NCBI GenBank assembly: GCA_028066245.1
Contig: JALCBR010000001.1
Location: forward strand, 110,145 to 174,144
From: Pirellulales bacterium
GTDB lineage: Bacteria > Planctomycetota > Planctomycetia > Pirellulales > S012-138
Direction of reading: 5' to 3'
Length of the DNA stretch: 64,000 nucleotides
Shown: positions 45,675 to 55,359 of the stretch, in pieces
Position numbering within the stretch: position 1 is the first letter of the stretch
How the letters are laid out: each line of letters begins with the position of its first letter
Notes under the pieces: generated by a model
Database searches by the model: none
What the model saw: only the letters and a program-made list of their open reading frames with translations
Told to the model about the DNA's origin: nothing
Program-made: the position numbers and the translations under genes

Positions 45675-46442
45675 ATGCCCGTGCTGTCAGTTCCCCTGTG
45701 GCAGCTTGGTGAAGCGAGGAAAGACACTCCGCCATTGCGGAATTCGCCGTGCTTGGACCTCTTCCCAGGTCGAATCTTGTATGACGAACCGGTTGCCCTC
45801 GCCATTGATGATCTACGTCCGATGCGTGCTCTAAGACATCTTTATCTTGCCTACCTGGCCAAGCCGGCTGAGGATCGGATCCTGTACCGAACGCTTCGCC
45901 AGCACCGCTGTCAATCCATTGTTGAGATCGGCATCGGCTGCATCGAACGGACGGAACGCCTGCTAAGAATGGCAGCCGAAAGGAATGACTCTCCGCCTCG
46001 CTATGCGGCCATCGACCAATTTGACATGCGGGAAGAATCACCGCTGCCACTGAGGAAGACGTTCACGCGGCTCCGCTCGCAGGCGAAAAATGTCCGCTTG
46101 TTGCCGGGCGACCCGAACGCAGTCCTCCGTCAGTCGGCCAATGATCTGCTGGGGGCGGACTTGTTGCTGTTCACCGCGGATGCCTTTGCCAGCATGCGTG
46201 CGGACGGTTGGTTCTTCATTCCTCGGATGCTCAAGGATGGCACGACAGCAGGCGTGGAAGAGAAGGCCGGCGACTCCAAGAACAAGAAACGCAGTTCTGT
46301 CGCAAAGCAACAACCGGCGGAAGTCACACGGATCTTTGTGGCGATCCCTGACAAAGACGGCAAACCTGGCCACCGCGCCGTGAGTGTAGATGAGGTCCAG
46401 CGACTTGCCAGCGCCGGTTCAGCCAGGCGAGTGGCTGCGTAG
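45675..46442 (+). CDS. hypothetical protein (possible class I methyltransferase-like fold)
   Basis: A 255-aa ORF with an ATG start. 'IVEIGIG' resembles SAM motif I, but there is no further support. Confidence 0.5.
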   Translation: MPVLSVPLWQLGEARKDTPPLRNSPCLDLFPGRILYDEPVALAIDDLRPMRALRHLYLAYLAKPAEDRILYRTLRQHRCQSIVEIGIGCIERTERLLRMAAERNDSPPRYAAIDQFDMREESPLPLRKTFTRLRSQAKNVRLLPGDPNAVLRQSANDLLGADLLLFTADAFASMRADGWFFIPRMLKDGTTAGVEEKAGDSKNKKRSSVAKQQPAEVTRIFVAIPDKDGKPGHRAVSVDEVQRLASAGSARRVAA

Positions 46443-46683
46443 GCGGGCGATCTCTCCTGGCGATGAACGAGGAGCGTGGGCTGCGCCTGCGGATGGATTT
46501 CTTCTGCCGTGCGTGAGGGCGCAAGGCCGGTTCTGACGAGTTCGCGTGACTCTGGCTAGCTTGCGCATAACTAAGCGAGATGGTGTCCTCATCCCCTTCT
46601 GCGCTCTCTTCGGTGCGGCAAAGTGCTATGTTTCTGAGGTCACGTCGCTGTGCCTCGTTGCTTGACTTCGGTGAACCAGGCTG

Positions 46684-48876
46684 ATGAATCACACCCACCC
46701 CCCGCTCGATTTTGCCTACCCATTGCCGTATGGAGCGCGGGTGCGGGATGGCGGTGTGCATTTCACGGTCTTCAGCCGCTCCGCGACGGGGATGCGGTTG
46801 CTACTGTACGCGGATGTGCACGCCCAAGAGCCGTGCGAGGTCATCCAGCTTGACCCGGCAACAGATCGTTGGGGTGATGTGTGGAGCGTGTTTGTGCCCG
46901 GGCTTGCCGCCGGGCAACTGTATCACGTTCAGGCGGATGGCCCTTTTGATCCATCCGTTGGGCAGAGGTTTGATTCGCAAGCCCGGCTGGTTGACCCCTA
47001 TGCGGAAGCCCTGGCTGGCGATTTCCAGGCCAACGCTGATGGCATCATTCGCCCGCCGCGATGCGTGGTGGTGGATGATCATTTTGATTGGGGTGGCGAC
47101 CGCCACTTGCGCCGCCCGCTGGCAGATACCGTGATCTACGAGCTGCATGTCGCCGGGTTCACCAAGTCAGCAACGTCCGAGGTCTCTTCCCCCGGCACAT
47201 ACTTGGGCTTGATCGAAAAGATCCCCTATTTGCAATCGCTCGGCATCACCGCGGTGGAGTTGATGCCTGTGCACGAGTTTCCGATTTTGGATTGGAACGG
47301 ATTTCCACCGGAGCGATTCAACTACTGGGGGTATGATCCGCTGGCGTTCTTCTCGCCGCACCGCGGGTACGCTGGCAGCGATGAGCCTGGCGCTCAAGTC
47401 CGCGAGTTCAAGCAGCTTGTCCGCGAACTGCACAAGGCCGGCATTGAGGTCATCCTGGATGTGGTCTTCAATCACACCTGCGAGGGAAACGAGCTCGGGC
47501 CGACGCTCTCCTTCAAGGGATTGGAAAATCGCATCTATTACATGCTGGAAAACGGCGGCGACAGCTATCGCAATTACTCCGGTTGCGGAAACACCATCAA
47601 CGGCAATCATCCCGTCGTCCGTGAGATGATCTTCCATTGCCTGCGGCATTGGGTGCTCAACTATCACGTGGACGGCTTTCGCTTTGATCTGGCGTCCATC
47701 CTCAGCCGCAATCGCCAGGGTGAACTGATTCCCAATCCGCCAATGGTCGAGGTCATTGCGGAAGATCCACTCTTGGCCGATACGAAAGTGATTGCTGAAG
47801 CCTGGGACGCCGCTGGTGGGTATCAGGTGGGCACGTTTGCCACCATGCGTTGGGCCGAGTGGAACGGTCGCTACCGCGACGACGCTCGGCGGTATTGGCG
47901 AGGTGATTCCGGCGTGACCGGAGCGTTGGCCACACGGTTGGCTGGTTCCAGCGACTTGTATCAAACGTCCGGTCGCAGTCCATATCACAGCATCAATTTC
48001 ATCACCTCGCATGATGGTTTCCCGCTCAATGACTTGGTGAGCTATTCGCACAAGCACAACGAAGCTAACAACGAAGGAAACCGCGACGGCGAGAACAACA
48101 ACTACAGCAGCAACTACGGGATCGAGGGCCCGGCCGACGATCCGGAGATCCAAACCTTGCGGTTGTGGCAGATCAAGAACTTTCTGGCCACCATGCTGCT
48201 CAGCCAGGGCGTTCCGATGATCACCGCCGGCGATGAATGCCGACGCACGCAAGGCGGCAACAACAACGCCTGGTGCCAGGATAATGACACCAGTTGGTTT
48301 GATTGGCGGCTGGTGAAAGAGAACGCGGAATTGGTCCGTTTCCTCAGCATGCTTACGGCGCTTCGCAAGGCCGAACCAACGCTACGGCAGCGAACGTTTC
48401 TCACTGGAGAGCCGCGTACAGGTGACGAACTGGCCGACGTCAGTTGGTACGGGCCGAACGGGGAATCCGCTACCTGGGGTAGCCTGAGATCTTGCCTGAC
48501 GTGCGTGTTGGCCGCCGCTGTGTCAAACGGTGAAAGCGGGGCGCAAGCTGCCGACAGCCGGTACTCGACAGCAATCAGGACACCACACCAAGGCGCTGAG
48601 GAGAAGACCACGAAAGTTCCCCACGATGTGATGATCTTGACCAACGCCGGAACCAAGGATCAAGCGTTCCACGTTCCGTCGATTGTTGAATCTGACCGTT
48701 GGCGCGTGGTCATCAACACCGCCGCGGAGGCGCCTGCGGATATCTTGCAAGTCCCCAAAACCAGCGGCCAGCAGCGCACGGTTGACAATGAAGCCATCGA
48801 CCGAGCGCCCGTCGCGAAATTTCCGCTGACCGTGCCAGCGCGTTCGCTGATTTGCCTGATGGCACGTCCGGAATAA
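46684..48876 (+). CDS. glgX: glycogen debranching enzyme GlgX
   Basis: N-terminal 'GARVRDGGVHFTVFS' (CBM48) is followed by GH13 motifs 'VILDVVFNHT', 'GFRFDLASIL', 'VIAEAWD' and 'INFITSHDGF'. Confidence 0.92.
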   Translation: MNHTHPPLDFAYPLPYGARVRDGGVHFTVFSRSATGMRLLLYADVHAQEPCEVIQLDPATDRWGDVWSVFVPGLAAGQLYHVQADGPFDPSVGQRFDSQARLVDPYAEALAGDFQANADGIIRPPRCVVVDDHFDWGGDRHLRRPLADTVIYELHVAGFTKSATSEVSSPGTYLGLIEKIPYLQSLGITAVELMPVHEFPILDWNGFPPERFNYWGYDPLAFFSPHRGYAGSDEPGAQVREFKQLVRELHKAGIEVILDVVFNHTCEGNELGPTLSFKGLENRIYYMLENGGDSYRNYSGCGNTINGNHPVVREMIFHCLRHWVLNYHVDGFRFDLASILSRNRQGELIPNPPMVEVIAEDPLLADTKVIAEAWDAAGGYQVGTFATMRWAEWNGRYRDDARRYWRGDSGVTGALATRLAGSSDLYQTSGRSPYHSINFITSHDGFPLNDLVSYSHKHNEANNEGNRDGENNNYSSNYGIEGPADDPEIQTLRLWQIKNFLATMLLSQGVPMITAGDECRRTQGGNNNAWCQDNDTSWFDWRLVKENAELVRFLSMLTALRKAEPTLRQRTFLTGEPRTGDELADVSWYGPNGESATWGSLRSCLTCVLAAAVSNGESGAQAADSRYSTAIRTPHQGAEEKTTKVPHDVMILTNAGTKDQAFHVPSIVESDRWRVVINTAAEAPADILQVPKTSGQQRTVDNEAIDRAPVAKFPLTVPARSLICLMARPE

Positions 48877-48919
48877 ATGCCCTTTGGCGCTGTGATAACG
48901 CTTGCGGGAGGAGCAACCG

Positions 48920-51733
48920 CTATCGGGAGGTCTTGCCTTCGGGCCGCGGAGAAGCCGTGTCCTTTTCCAAGTGCGGCACGCCGTTGGTCATCCAATCCGG
49001 CGCAACTGAGTCCTTGCAGTAGTGATCGAAAAATTGCTTCATCCGGACCTGGAAATCAACCTGATTCGCCCGTTGGGCAAGATGATGACCTTCGCCAGGA
49101 TAAGAGAGCAGGATGACTTCCTTCCCGTTCCGCTTGGCGGCGTTGTAGTACTCCAATCCTTGATGCCAGTCCACGGCTCCATCATCCGTGCCATGCAGGA
49201 TGATGAAAGGCGTTGTGATGTTGCGAACGTTGTGCAAGGGTGACTGGCTCTGGAAGAGTTCAAAGTTATCCCACGGTGTCGTGCCCATGCGAACTTGCCC
49301 GCGCTCGGTAATCCCCTGCTGGACGCTGCCGGACGACTTATATAACTCGTTGTAGAAGCTAATCAGGTTGGTGACCGGAGCTCCCGTGACAACGCAGCAG
49401 AACATGTCCGTCTGCGTGAGGATGAACGAAGACTGATATCCGCCCCAACTATGTCCCTGCAGCGCAATCCGCTCGGGATCGGCATAGCCCAGGTCGATGA
49501 CCTTCTTCACGGCGCTGGTGACACAATCAACGGCACAATCGCCTGGTCGCCCGGTTTTGTAAATCACATCCGGCATCAACACCAAGTAGCCATCGCTGGC
49601 GTAGGTACACATGTGCGGCCGGTCATCAAACGATGGGGCCGAGTGTTGATGATGCCGGTTGGACATCTTCTCGTAGAAGTAGACCAGCATCGGGTATTGC
49701 TTGCCCTCTTCATAGTCCGCTGGTAGCGCCAACGTCCCTTGCAGGCGAACGCCGTCTGCGTTCTCGTAGTCCACCAGCACGCGCTTAGGCCCCCAAGTGA
49801 ATTCAGACTGTTGAGGGTTGGCCTCAGTGATCCGTTCAAAGTTGTCAAACTTGGTGCTGGTCAGGTAATAGTCCGGGAAATCCACAAACGTTTCCCGGGT
49901 GATGAGAACCTCGTCAGAGTTTTCCGCCTTATTCGGTGTTCCAAAGCGAACGTCATCAAAGACCAGCGGTTGCGGTTGCTCCCCATATCGCAATGAGTAG
50001 TAGCCGGATTTCTTCGTCCATTCTCCATACGCCGAGAGCAACATCGGCTGGGCGAGGTCAATCCCCTCGGCGTCTGGGTCGAGATTGCGATAGCGAAACA
50101 CGATCTGTTCGGTCTCGCCCAAATTCCCCGTCAGACAACTGCCGGTGCTGCCGTCCAACGGCAACAGCCAGAGATCAAACTTATGATTGAGAATGACGCT
50201 ACGGCCATCGCTGGTCCAGCCTGCCACGCCGTAGGCCGGCTTTTCATACGGGTGATCATCCTCTTCGTTGACAAAGTTCACTCGAGTGGAAAGCGAGAGG
50301 TTGCGCGAGGTTCCTTCATCCAGGTCATAGACCAGCACCTGACCGCCTTTGAGATACAGGTAATGTCGCCCATCTGGAGACGTGCCCATCGGTCGACCAA
50401 GGGCAGAGGTAATCAACGTCCGCTCGCCGGTCTTCAGATCAACGCGATAGTAGTCCGCCCGCGATCCGCCCCAAGTGATCTCACCAGCGTACAAGGAGTC
50501 GTCGCGACCAATTCCCCAACGACCGTCGCCAACAATGGTCACTCTCTCCATCGCATCATCGCCCAGTTGGACAAACCGCTGATTCGTGATGTGAACGACG
50601 CCGGGGATTGTCCGCCGCGCCGCGGCTGCAGCCCGCCGCTGCTGGACGGACTGAACGTCTTCATCCTTCCAGTGCCAGACATCGACGTTGGGGCGTTTGT
50701 CATCGCTATCTCGATTTGAGCTCCCGCCTTTTTCTGGCTTGTCCTCTTGTTCGCGAATTCCGCAGAAGACCATGCTGGCGTCTGCGCTCCACGTCAGCCT
50801 GGCCAGTTCGCTGAGGACCATTCCCTCCGGAAAGCTCTGCTGGCTGTCTGGTTCAAACGAGATTGGTTCATCCACTCCCGCAACAAAATTGTGAAACACC
50901 AATAACGTGTTCTGCCGGCGCTGTTTTCCTTCAGGCGTTTCACCGCGCAATACGGCCAAGTGGGTTCCAGCTTCGTTCCAGGTGAGTTGGCTGTAAGTCT
51001 GCCGGGAGCTATCCAATGATCGAATGAGGTTGGTTTCCAACTCAAACAGGTAAAGGCCGTTCCCGTGATCGTCCGCGGCATCCACGGTATAGGCCAGCAA
51101 GTTGCCATCCTCATTGAACGAGTACTGATTGACGGCGCCAAAATGGCGCGTTAGCCCTGACTGAAGGTTGTACAGAATCAGGTCCGCACCGGCGTGGTTG
51201 GCATCTCTCTGTCGCGGCTTCTTGAACGTCAGATACTTGGAATCATCTGTGAACCGGACAGATGTCGCGTTGGTCCATTCTGTCTTTTCCTTCGACTCTA
51301 AGTTCATCAGGACTGTGCGGCGAGAACCAGAGTTGCCACGACCACCGCCTTCCCCCTTTTCCACCGAATAGATGAACCACTGCGAGTCCTTGGAGAACTG
51401 AGGGCTGCCACCGGTCTTGATCTCTTGTTTGTCATCACTTGAGGTGCTTTCCAGGTACAGGGTGGCATCGCCATCGTTGGGGGCGATTGTGTATGTCACC
51501 CATTTACCGTCTGCCGAGAGATTGGCCGAGCGGACGCGGTTCCAACGTTCGTAGTCGTCAATTGTCAGCACCTTCTTGCCTGACGACTTTCCCGCTTTGT
51601 CTTGGGCGGATGACTCTCTGGACCGAGTTGCTGTCTCTTGGGCGACCAAAGTCCCGGCATTCAAGAACGTTCCGCAGCCGACGGAGAGCAGAATCGCGGC
51701 AAAGGAAAGAGCGAAGCGATGTGTCGTACGCAT
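48920..51733 (-). CDS. S9-family serine peptidase (prolyl oligopeptidase/dipeptidyl-peptidase type) with N-terminal beta-propeller
   Basis: 'IALQGHSWGGYQS' is the GxSxGG nucleophile elbow. The C-terminal 'ILHGTDDGAVDWHQGLEYY' and 'GEGHHL' complete the set. I take the ATG at 51733, which precedes a signal peptide with 'LLSVGCG'. Confidence 0.85.
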   Translation of the reverse strand: MRTTHRFALSFAAILLSVGCGTFLNAGTLVAQETATRSRESSAQDKAGKSSGKKVLTIDDYERWNRVRSANLSADGKWVTYTIAPNDGDATLYLESTSSDDKQEIKTGGSPQFSKDSQWFIYSVEKGEGGGRGNSGSRRTVLMNLESKEKTEWTNATSVRFTDDSKYLTFKKPRQRDANHAGADLILYNLQSGLTRHFGAVNQYSFNEDGNLLAYTVDAADDHGNGLYLFELETNLIRSLDSSRQTYSQLTWNEAGTHLAVLRGETPEGKQRRQNTLLVFHNFVAGVDEPISFEPDSQQSFPEGMVLSELARLTWSADASMVFCGIREQEDKPEKGGSSNRDSDDKRPNVDVWHWKDEDVQSVQQRRAAAAARRTIPGVVHITNQRFVQLGDDAMERVTIVGDGRWGIGRDDSLYAGEITWGGSRADYYRVDLKTGERTLITSALGRPMGTSPDGRHYLYLKGGQVLVYDLDEGTSRNLSLSTRVNFVNEEDDHPYEKPAYGVAGWTSDGRSVILNHKFDLWLLPLDGSTGSCLTGNLGETEQIVFRYRNLDPDAEGIDLAQPMLLSAYGEWTKKSGYYSLRYGEQPQPLVFDDVRFGTPNKAENSDEVLITRETFVDFPDYYLTSTKFDNFERITEANPQQSEFTWGPKRVLVDYENADGVRLQGTLALPADYEEGKQYPMLVYFYEKMSNRHHQHSAPSFDDRPHMCTYASDGYLVLMPDVIYKTGRPGDCAVDCVTSAVKKVIDLGYADPERIALQGHSWGGYQSSFILTQTDMFCCVVTGAPVTNLISFYNELYKSSGSVQQGITERGQVRMGTTPWDNFELFQSQSPLHNVRNITTPFIILHGTDDGAVDWHQGLEYYNAAKRNGKEVILLSYPGEGHHLAQRANQVDFQVRMKQFFDHYCKDSVAPDWMTNGVPHLEKDTASPRPEGKTSR

Positions 51734-51935
51734 GGCCACAGCCTTGAAAACAGATGGTAGGGAAGCCCACAAGGTGATCTGGCCGAGTATAACTTGGCGT
51801 CAGCGGAAAGAAAGAAAATGCCGCCACGCTCATTGATCGCTTTTTCCCAGAGGTCAAGCGTGGTGGATCAAGGCTCGGCAAGCAGCACCGGCAGCCCGAA
51901 CGGCAGGCGGTGCCGGATCGACTCCTCGCGGAGAG

Positions 51936-52160
51936 ATGCCCATGCAAGGCAAGTGGTATTACCAAGGTGCAGGCGGTCAGGCGATTGGTCCATTGAGCGA
52001 TCGTGAATTCGTGATGGCTGTGCGGAAGGGCCAGATTGGGCCCAATACGCTCGTGGGCAGCAACACGCCGAAGAGGCCTCCAACGGACTGGGCTCCCGCT
52101 CACCAAACACCGGTTTTCCATTCGGCGCAGCGACCTCCCTCAGTATTTCGAGTAGCGTGA
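51936..52160 (+). CDS. GYF_2 (DUF4339)-like small protein
   Basis: 'WYYQGAGGQAIGPLSDREFVMAVRKGQIGPNTLV...DWAPA' matches the bacterial GYF-domain pattern. Confidence 0.55.
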   Translation: MPMQGKWYYQGAGGQAIGPLSDREFVMAVRKGQIGPNTLVGSNTPKRPPTDWAPAHQTPVFHSAQRPPSVFRVA

Positions 52161-52348
52161 CAACGGTGATTGGTTTGCTGCTGGTGGTGCTTGCGGTTCA
52201 CCAATTGAACAAGAGCCGCGCGCCGATCGATGACAGAGCCAGCATTCAAGCAACTGTCTACTTCGTTGGTGCGGCCATTGTCTTTGTGCTGCAACGTGTC
52301 ATCCGTCGCCTGGACGAGTTGATTCACTTGCACCGCAATCGTGCGTAG
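52157..52348 (+). CDS. small two-TM membrane protein (putative)
   Basis: The GTG start overlaps the upstream TGA as GTGA. Hydrophobic segments 'VIGLLLVVLAV' and 'VYFVGAAIVFVL' are present. Confidence 0.4.
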   Translation: MTTVIGLLLVVLAVHQLNKSRAPIDDRASIQATVYFVGAAIVFVLQRVIRRLDELIHLHRNRA

Positions 52349-52484
52349 CCAACTCCTTTTATGGCCAGTGCGCCCAGACAGGTTTTGGATAGCTCAGTCA
52401 TCTATAAACGCGGTGTGACAGGGATCTGAGCGGCCGCAGGTTTGACTTGGCCGACCGGAGGATGGTGCTGGCGTTTGGAAGCAG

Positions 52485-52745
52485 TCAGACATTGTCAAAT
52501 ACTTGGCAGGGGAGTGGAATCAGTGACAGTTGCCAAGCGAAAAATGTGCTGCCAGACGTTGGCGCGCCCCTTGGCACCCCTGTCGGACCGGACCTTGGCG
52601 TGCCTGGTGGGACCCCCGTTGGCGCGCCTGTTAGAACTTGCGGGAAATCCATCCATTTGAGGGGGTGGAATTGCCCTTGCAACGTGACGGGCATTCGGCT
52701 CGCTAGCAACGACAGAATCATTACAGACGGCAGAATTTCCCTCAT
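52485..52745 (-). CDS. small Pro/Thr/Gly-rich protein (putative)
   Basis: The ATG at 52743-52745 is preceded on the coding strand by GCGGAGGTAGGG, giving a GGAGG SD with a 5-nt spacer. The N-terminus 'ILPSVMILSLLA' is hydrophobic. The ORF overlaps an opposite-strand ORF, so the call is uncertain. Confidence 0.35.
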   Translation of the reverse strand: MREILPSVMILSLLASRMPVTLQGQFHPLKWMDFPQVLTGAPTGVPPGTPRSGPTGVPRGAPTSGSTFFAWQLSLIPLPCQVFDNV

Positions 52746-52890
52746 CCCTACCTCCGCTATAAGCCGAATCTGAACTAAGACCTTTGCTCGGTGAGCTTCA
52801 GGCGAGCCGGTTTACGCCTGCACATGGATGACGGTTGACACGCAATCGCCACTGTGCCCGCAGAGCCAGCCTTATTCCAGGGAGAGTAGC

Positions 52891-53292
52891 ATGACGAAGA
52901 CTTCCATGGCGCTTGCCGCAGGCATTCTTATGGTTGCCGCGACTGCGGTTAACGCGCAGCAGCCAGGCAGCTCCGGTCAATCCTCGATCAGCATGGGCGA
53001 ATTGACACCCACGCCATCGATGTGGTTCTATCAACAGCAGATGCAGAGTTATTTGAACCCTGCGTTGGCAGTCCGGCGTGCCGCCGAGCAACGTGCTGCG
53101 GAGCGTGATGCCCGCATTGCCGCCCGCAAGTGGTTTGGTTACTCAAATTCCCGTCCCATGGCGGCTCACACGCCGTTTACCAATTGGTCCAGCCCGATGT
53201 GGGCCGGCAACGGCGTCGACCGTTGGCATTGGTGGGGCGTCAATCCAACTCATGTGGTCGTCGATCGCCCTCTCGACTACGTGATCCGCTAA
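52891..53292 (+). CDS. small secreted hypothetical protein
   Basis: ATG at 52891 with a 'gggagag' SD. The signal peptide reads 'MTKTSMALAAGILMVAATAVNAQQ'. No family was recognised. Confidence 0.5.
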   Translation: MTKTSMALAAGILMVAATAVNAQQPGSSGQSSISMGELTPTPSMWFYQQQMQSYLNPALAVRRAAEQRAAERDARIAARKWFGYSNSRPMAAHTPFTNWSSPMWAGNGVDRWHWWGVNPTHVVVDRPLDYVIR

Positions 53293-53418
53293 CCAAGTCG
53301 TTGAGTCATTCAACGGTTGTGAGCTGTACTGAGCGCATAGGAAAGCCGTCGACGAGCGATGCTCGTCGACGGCTTTGTATCTTAGAGAGAATCCTCTCAG
53401 GCAGCGCCAATCACGCTA

Positions 53419-54372
53419 CTACTGCGGGAACTGGATGGCAGTACGATCATTGCGCTGGCTGTACTGACCCAGTGTTCCAATATCGGTGTAAACCGGCAGG
53501 ACACGGACCGCTGCATCCACATTAACAAAATTGCAAATTTGCGGGTGCCAACTGCCGAACATGTTGACCGCGAGGGGATCAATCAAGTTCGAGTACTGCC
53601 AATCAGGCGCGAGGCCGATGTCCCCGACATACGTGGCGATACCACAGACGCGAATATACGCAGGGCTGTTGGCGGCCGCCAAGGCAGGCGCGTCAAGGTT
53701 ATCGGTACCGCCTTCAGTCACAGGCACGCCGACCCAACCGGGATGCATGTGCTTTTCACCAACGAGCATGGTGTTGCTGGTACCGTCTGTGCAACTGGCC
53801 ATTGACGTGGAGGCTCTTGGCCAAGGGTTGGTGGCACTAACGCTGACTCGTGGGTTGATGATCATGCCAACAGATTGGTGCGACCATACGGTTGAGTCCC
53901 CCGCGTGATTCGCGACGTAATCCGTGGGCATTGTTCTGACGCTGATGTTCCCGTCGTCGTAGGAGAACGGTTTGCTGGCACGACGAGACGGGCATTGCAT
54001 CCAAGACGCCGAATAGAATTGTGGGTTCCCTTCATCAATGATGGTCAGGTTGGTCCCAGTCACGTCTGTGGTCAGATCCCAAGCGTTGAACGAAGAAGCA
54101 CCTTCCATATAAGGCAGAATCATCAACTGCCAGCCACCAAACCAATCGGTGTTGCTGACCGTAAACGGTGGCATGCGGCGATGGGTGTCATGATACTCGT
54201 GAATCGCCAAGCCAATGTTGTGCAGGTTGTTCTGGCACTCGGCTCGATTGCCGGCCTCGCGGGCGGCCTGCACCGCTGGAAGCAACAACGCAATCAAAAT
54301 GCCAATGATCGCAATGACCACCAGCAATTCGACGAGCGTGAAGCCTCTCCTCCTGTGGGAACGCAACATCAT
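53419..54372 (-). CDS. DUF1559 domain protein with a prepilin-type N-terminus (second copy)
   Basis: '[49 protein letters not shown]'. The C-terminal '[18 protein letters not shown]' is an H-X9-DA variant of the motif. I take the ATG at 54372. Confidence 0.85.
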   Translation of the reverse strand: MMLRSHRRRGFTLVELLVVIAIIGILIALLLPAVQAAREAGNRAECQNNLHNIGLAIHEYHDTHRRMPPFTVSNTDWFGGWQLMILPYMEGASSFNAWDLTTDVTGTNLTIIDEGNPQFYSASWMQCPSRRASKPFSYDDGNISVRTMPTDYVANHAGDSTVWSHQSVGMIINPRVSVSATNPWPRASTSMASCTDGTSNTMLVGEKHMHPGWVGVPVTEGGTDNLDAPALAAANSPAYIRVCGIATYVGDIGLAPDWQYSNLIDPLAVNMFGSWHPQICNFVNVDAAVRVLPVYTDIGTLGQYSQRNDRTAIQFPQ

Positions 54373-54776
54373 ACACTCCTCCGTAAAATAAAGAGAATGA
54401 GAAGAAAAAAGACGTGCCGTGTGGGAGCTCAAAGAGAAATGAAAGGGAATGCGAGCCCCAAGCCACCGCAGAATACCCGCATTAATCGGCATGCTGCAAG
54501 TTTTTTCTGGAAAAATGTTCGATTTTTGCGTTAACTCTACCCTTCTGTGGAGGTAGATCACATGCCCTGGTGTGCTATTGCAGTAAGTCCTTTTTGATAC
54601 AATGGCTTAAGAACAGCATTTGACTTGAAGCCACTCGCCGAGTGTTGCAAAGAGATACACCAGAGGCGTTGACGAACTCCGCGGCATCAACCGAAGCCAA
54701 AAGATGTTCGATTTCACAACATTGAACCGGTGACGGGCTGACCAACGCTGCTTTCAATGACAACTGGAGAGCACCA

Positions 54777-55028
54777 GTGACCAATGATGATGAATTGATT
54801 GACAAAGATGAACTCGTCACGGTTTATACAGTGACGGACGCGGTCGAAGCTGAGATCCTCAAGAACTTTCTCAATGCCGAAGGTGTCAAGTGTGACATTG
54901 ACGGCGAGGGCCAGGCTGGCTTCACCGGTGCCGTCGAGATCGGCATCTTGGTGCGCGCCATCGATGCTGATCGCGCTGAATCACTGATTCGGTCGCGCGA
55001 ACCCAAACCCGAGGAAGACAAAGACTGA
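54777..55028 (+). CDS. DUF2007-like small protein
   Basis: 'LVTVYTVTDAVEAEILKNFLNAEGVKCDIDGE...VEIGILVRAIDADRAESLI' fits the DUF2007 pattern. GTG start with a GGAGAG SD. Confidence 0.6.
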   Translation: MTNDDELIDKDELVTVYTVTDAVEAEILKNFLNAEGVKCDIDGEGQAGFTGAVEIGILVRAIDADRAESLIRSREPKPEEDKD

Positions 55029-55146
55029 ATCGGCGTGCTTGGCGAAACACCCGTCATCAGGCAGAATTGGCCTGAAGTTGAAATGATCTATTTCGTTGGA
55101 ACGCACCCAGTCAAGAGAATCGCGATTCGCGCACCTGAGGGAATCA

Positions 55147-55359
55147 ATGCACCAGATCAAGATCTTCAAGGGAATCGAAGGTGCATTGAGCGACCTCGAA
55201 TCCGAAGTCAACAGTTGGCTGAAGTCCCTGGAAGGCACGGTGGTCAACATTTCCGGAAATATCGCTCCGCAAAGTAACGCGGCAGGCTCAGCGACTGGGT
55301 TGGGAACAGGATTCGCGCCATCAGATGTCATTGTCGTCGTCCACTACACAACGACATGA
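55147..55359 (+). CDS. small hypothetical protein
   Basis: ATG at 55147 ('MHQIKIFKGIEGALSDLESEVNSWLKS...'). Its stop overlaps the apgM start as ATGA. Confidence 0.5.
   Translation: MHQIKIFKGIEGALSDLESEVNSWLKSLEGTVVNISGNIAPQSNAAGSATGLGTGFAPSDVIVVVHYTTT

Noticed and set aside
52380-52440. 'ggatagctcagtc', which resembles a tRNA D-loop.
   Set aside because: There is no matching D-stem, anticodon stem or T-arm (GGTTCGA-type) nearby.
52447-52773. 108-aa plus-strand ORF overlapping the small minus-strand ORF.
   Set aside because: It begins with a TTG start, has no SD and has an odd composition. The minus-strand ORF has a far better translation-initiation signal, although neither ORF is proven.
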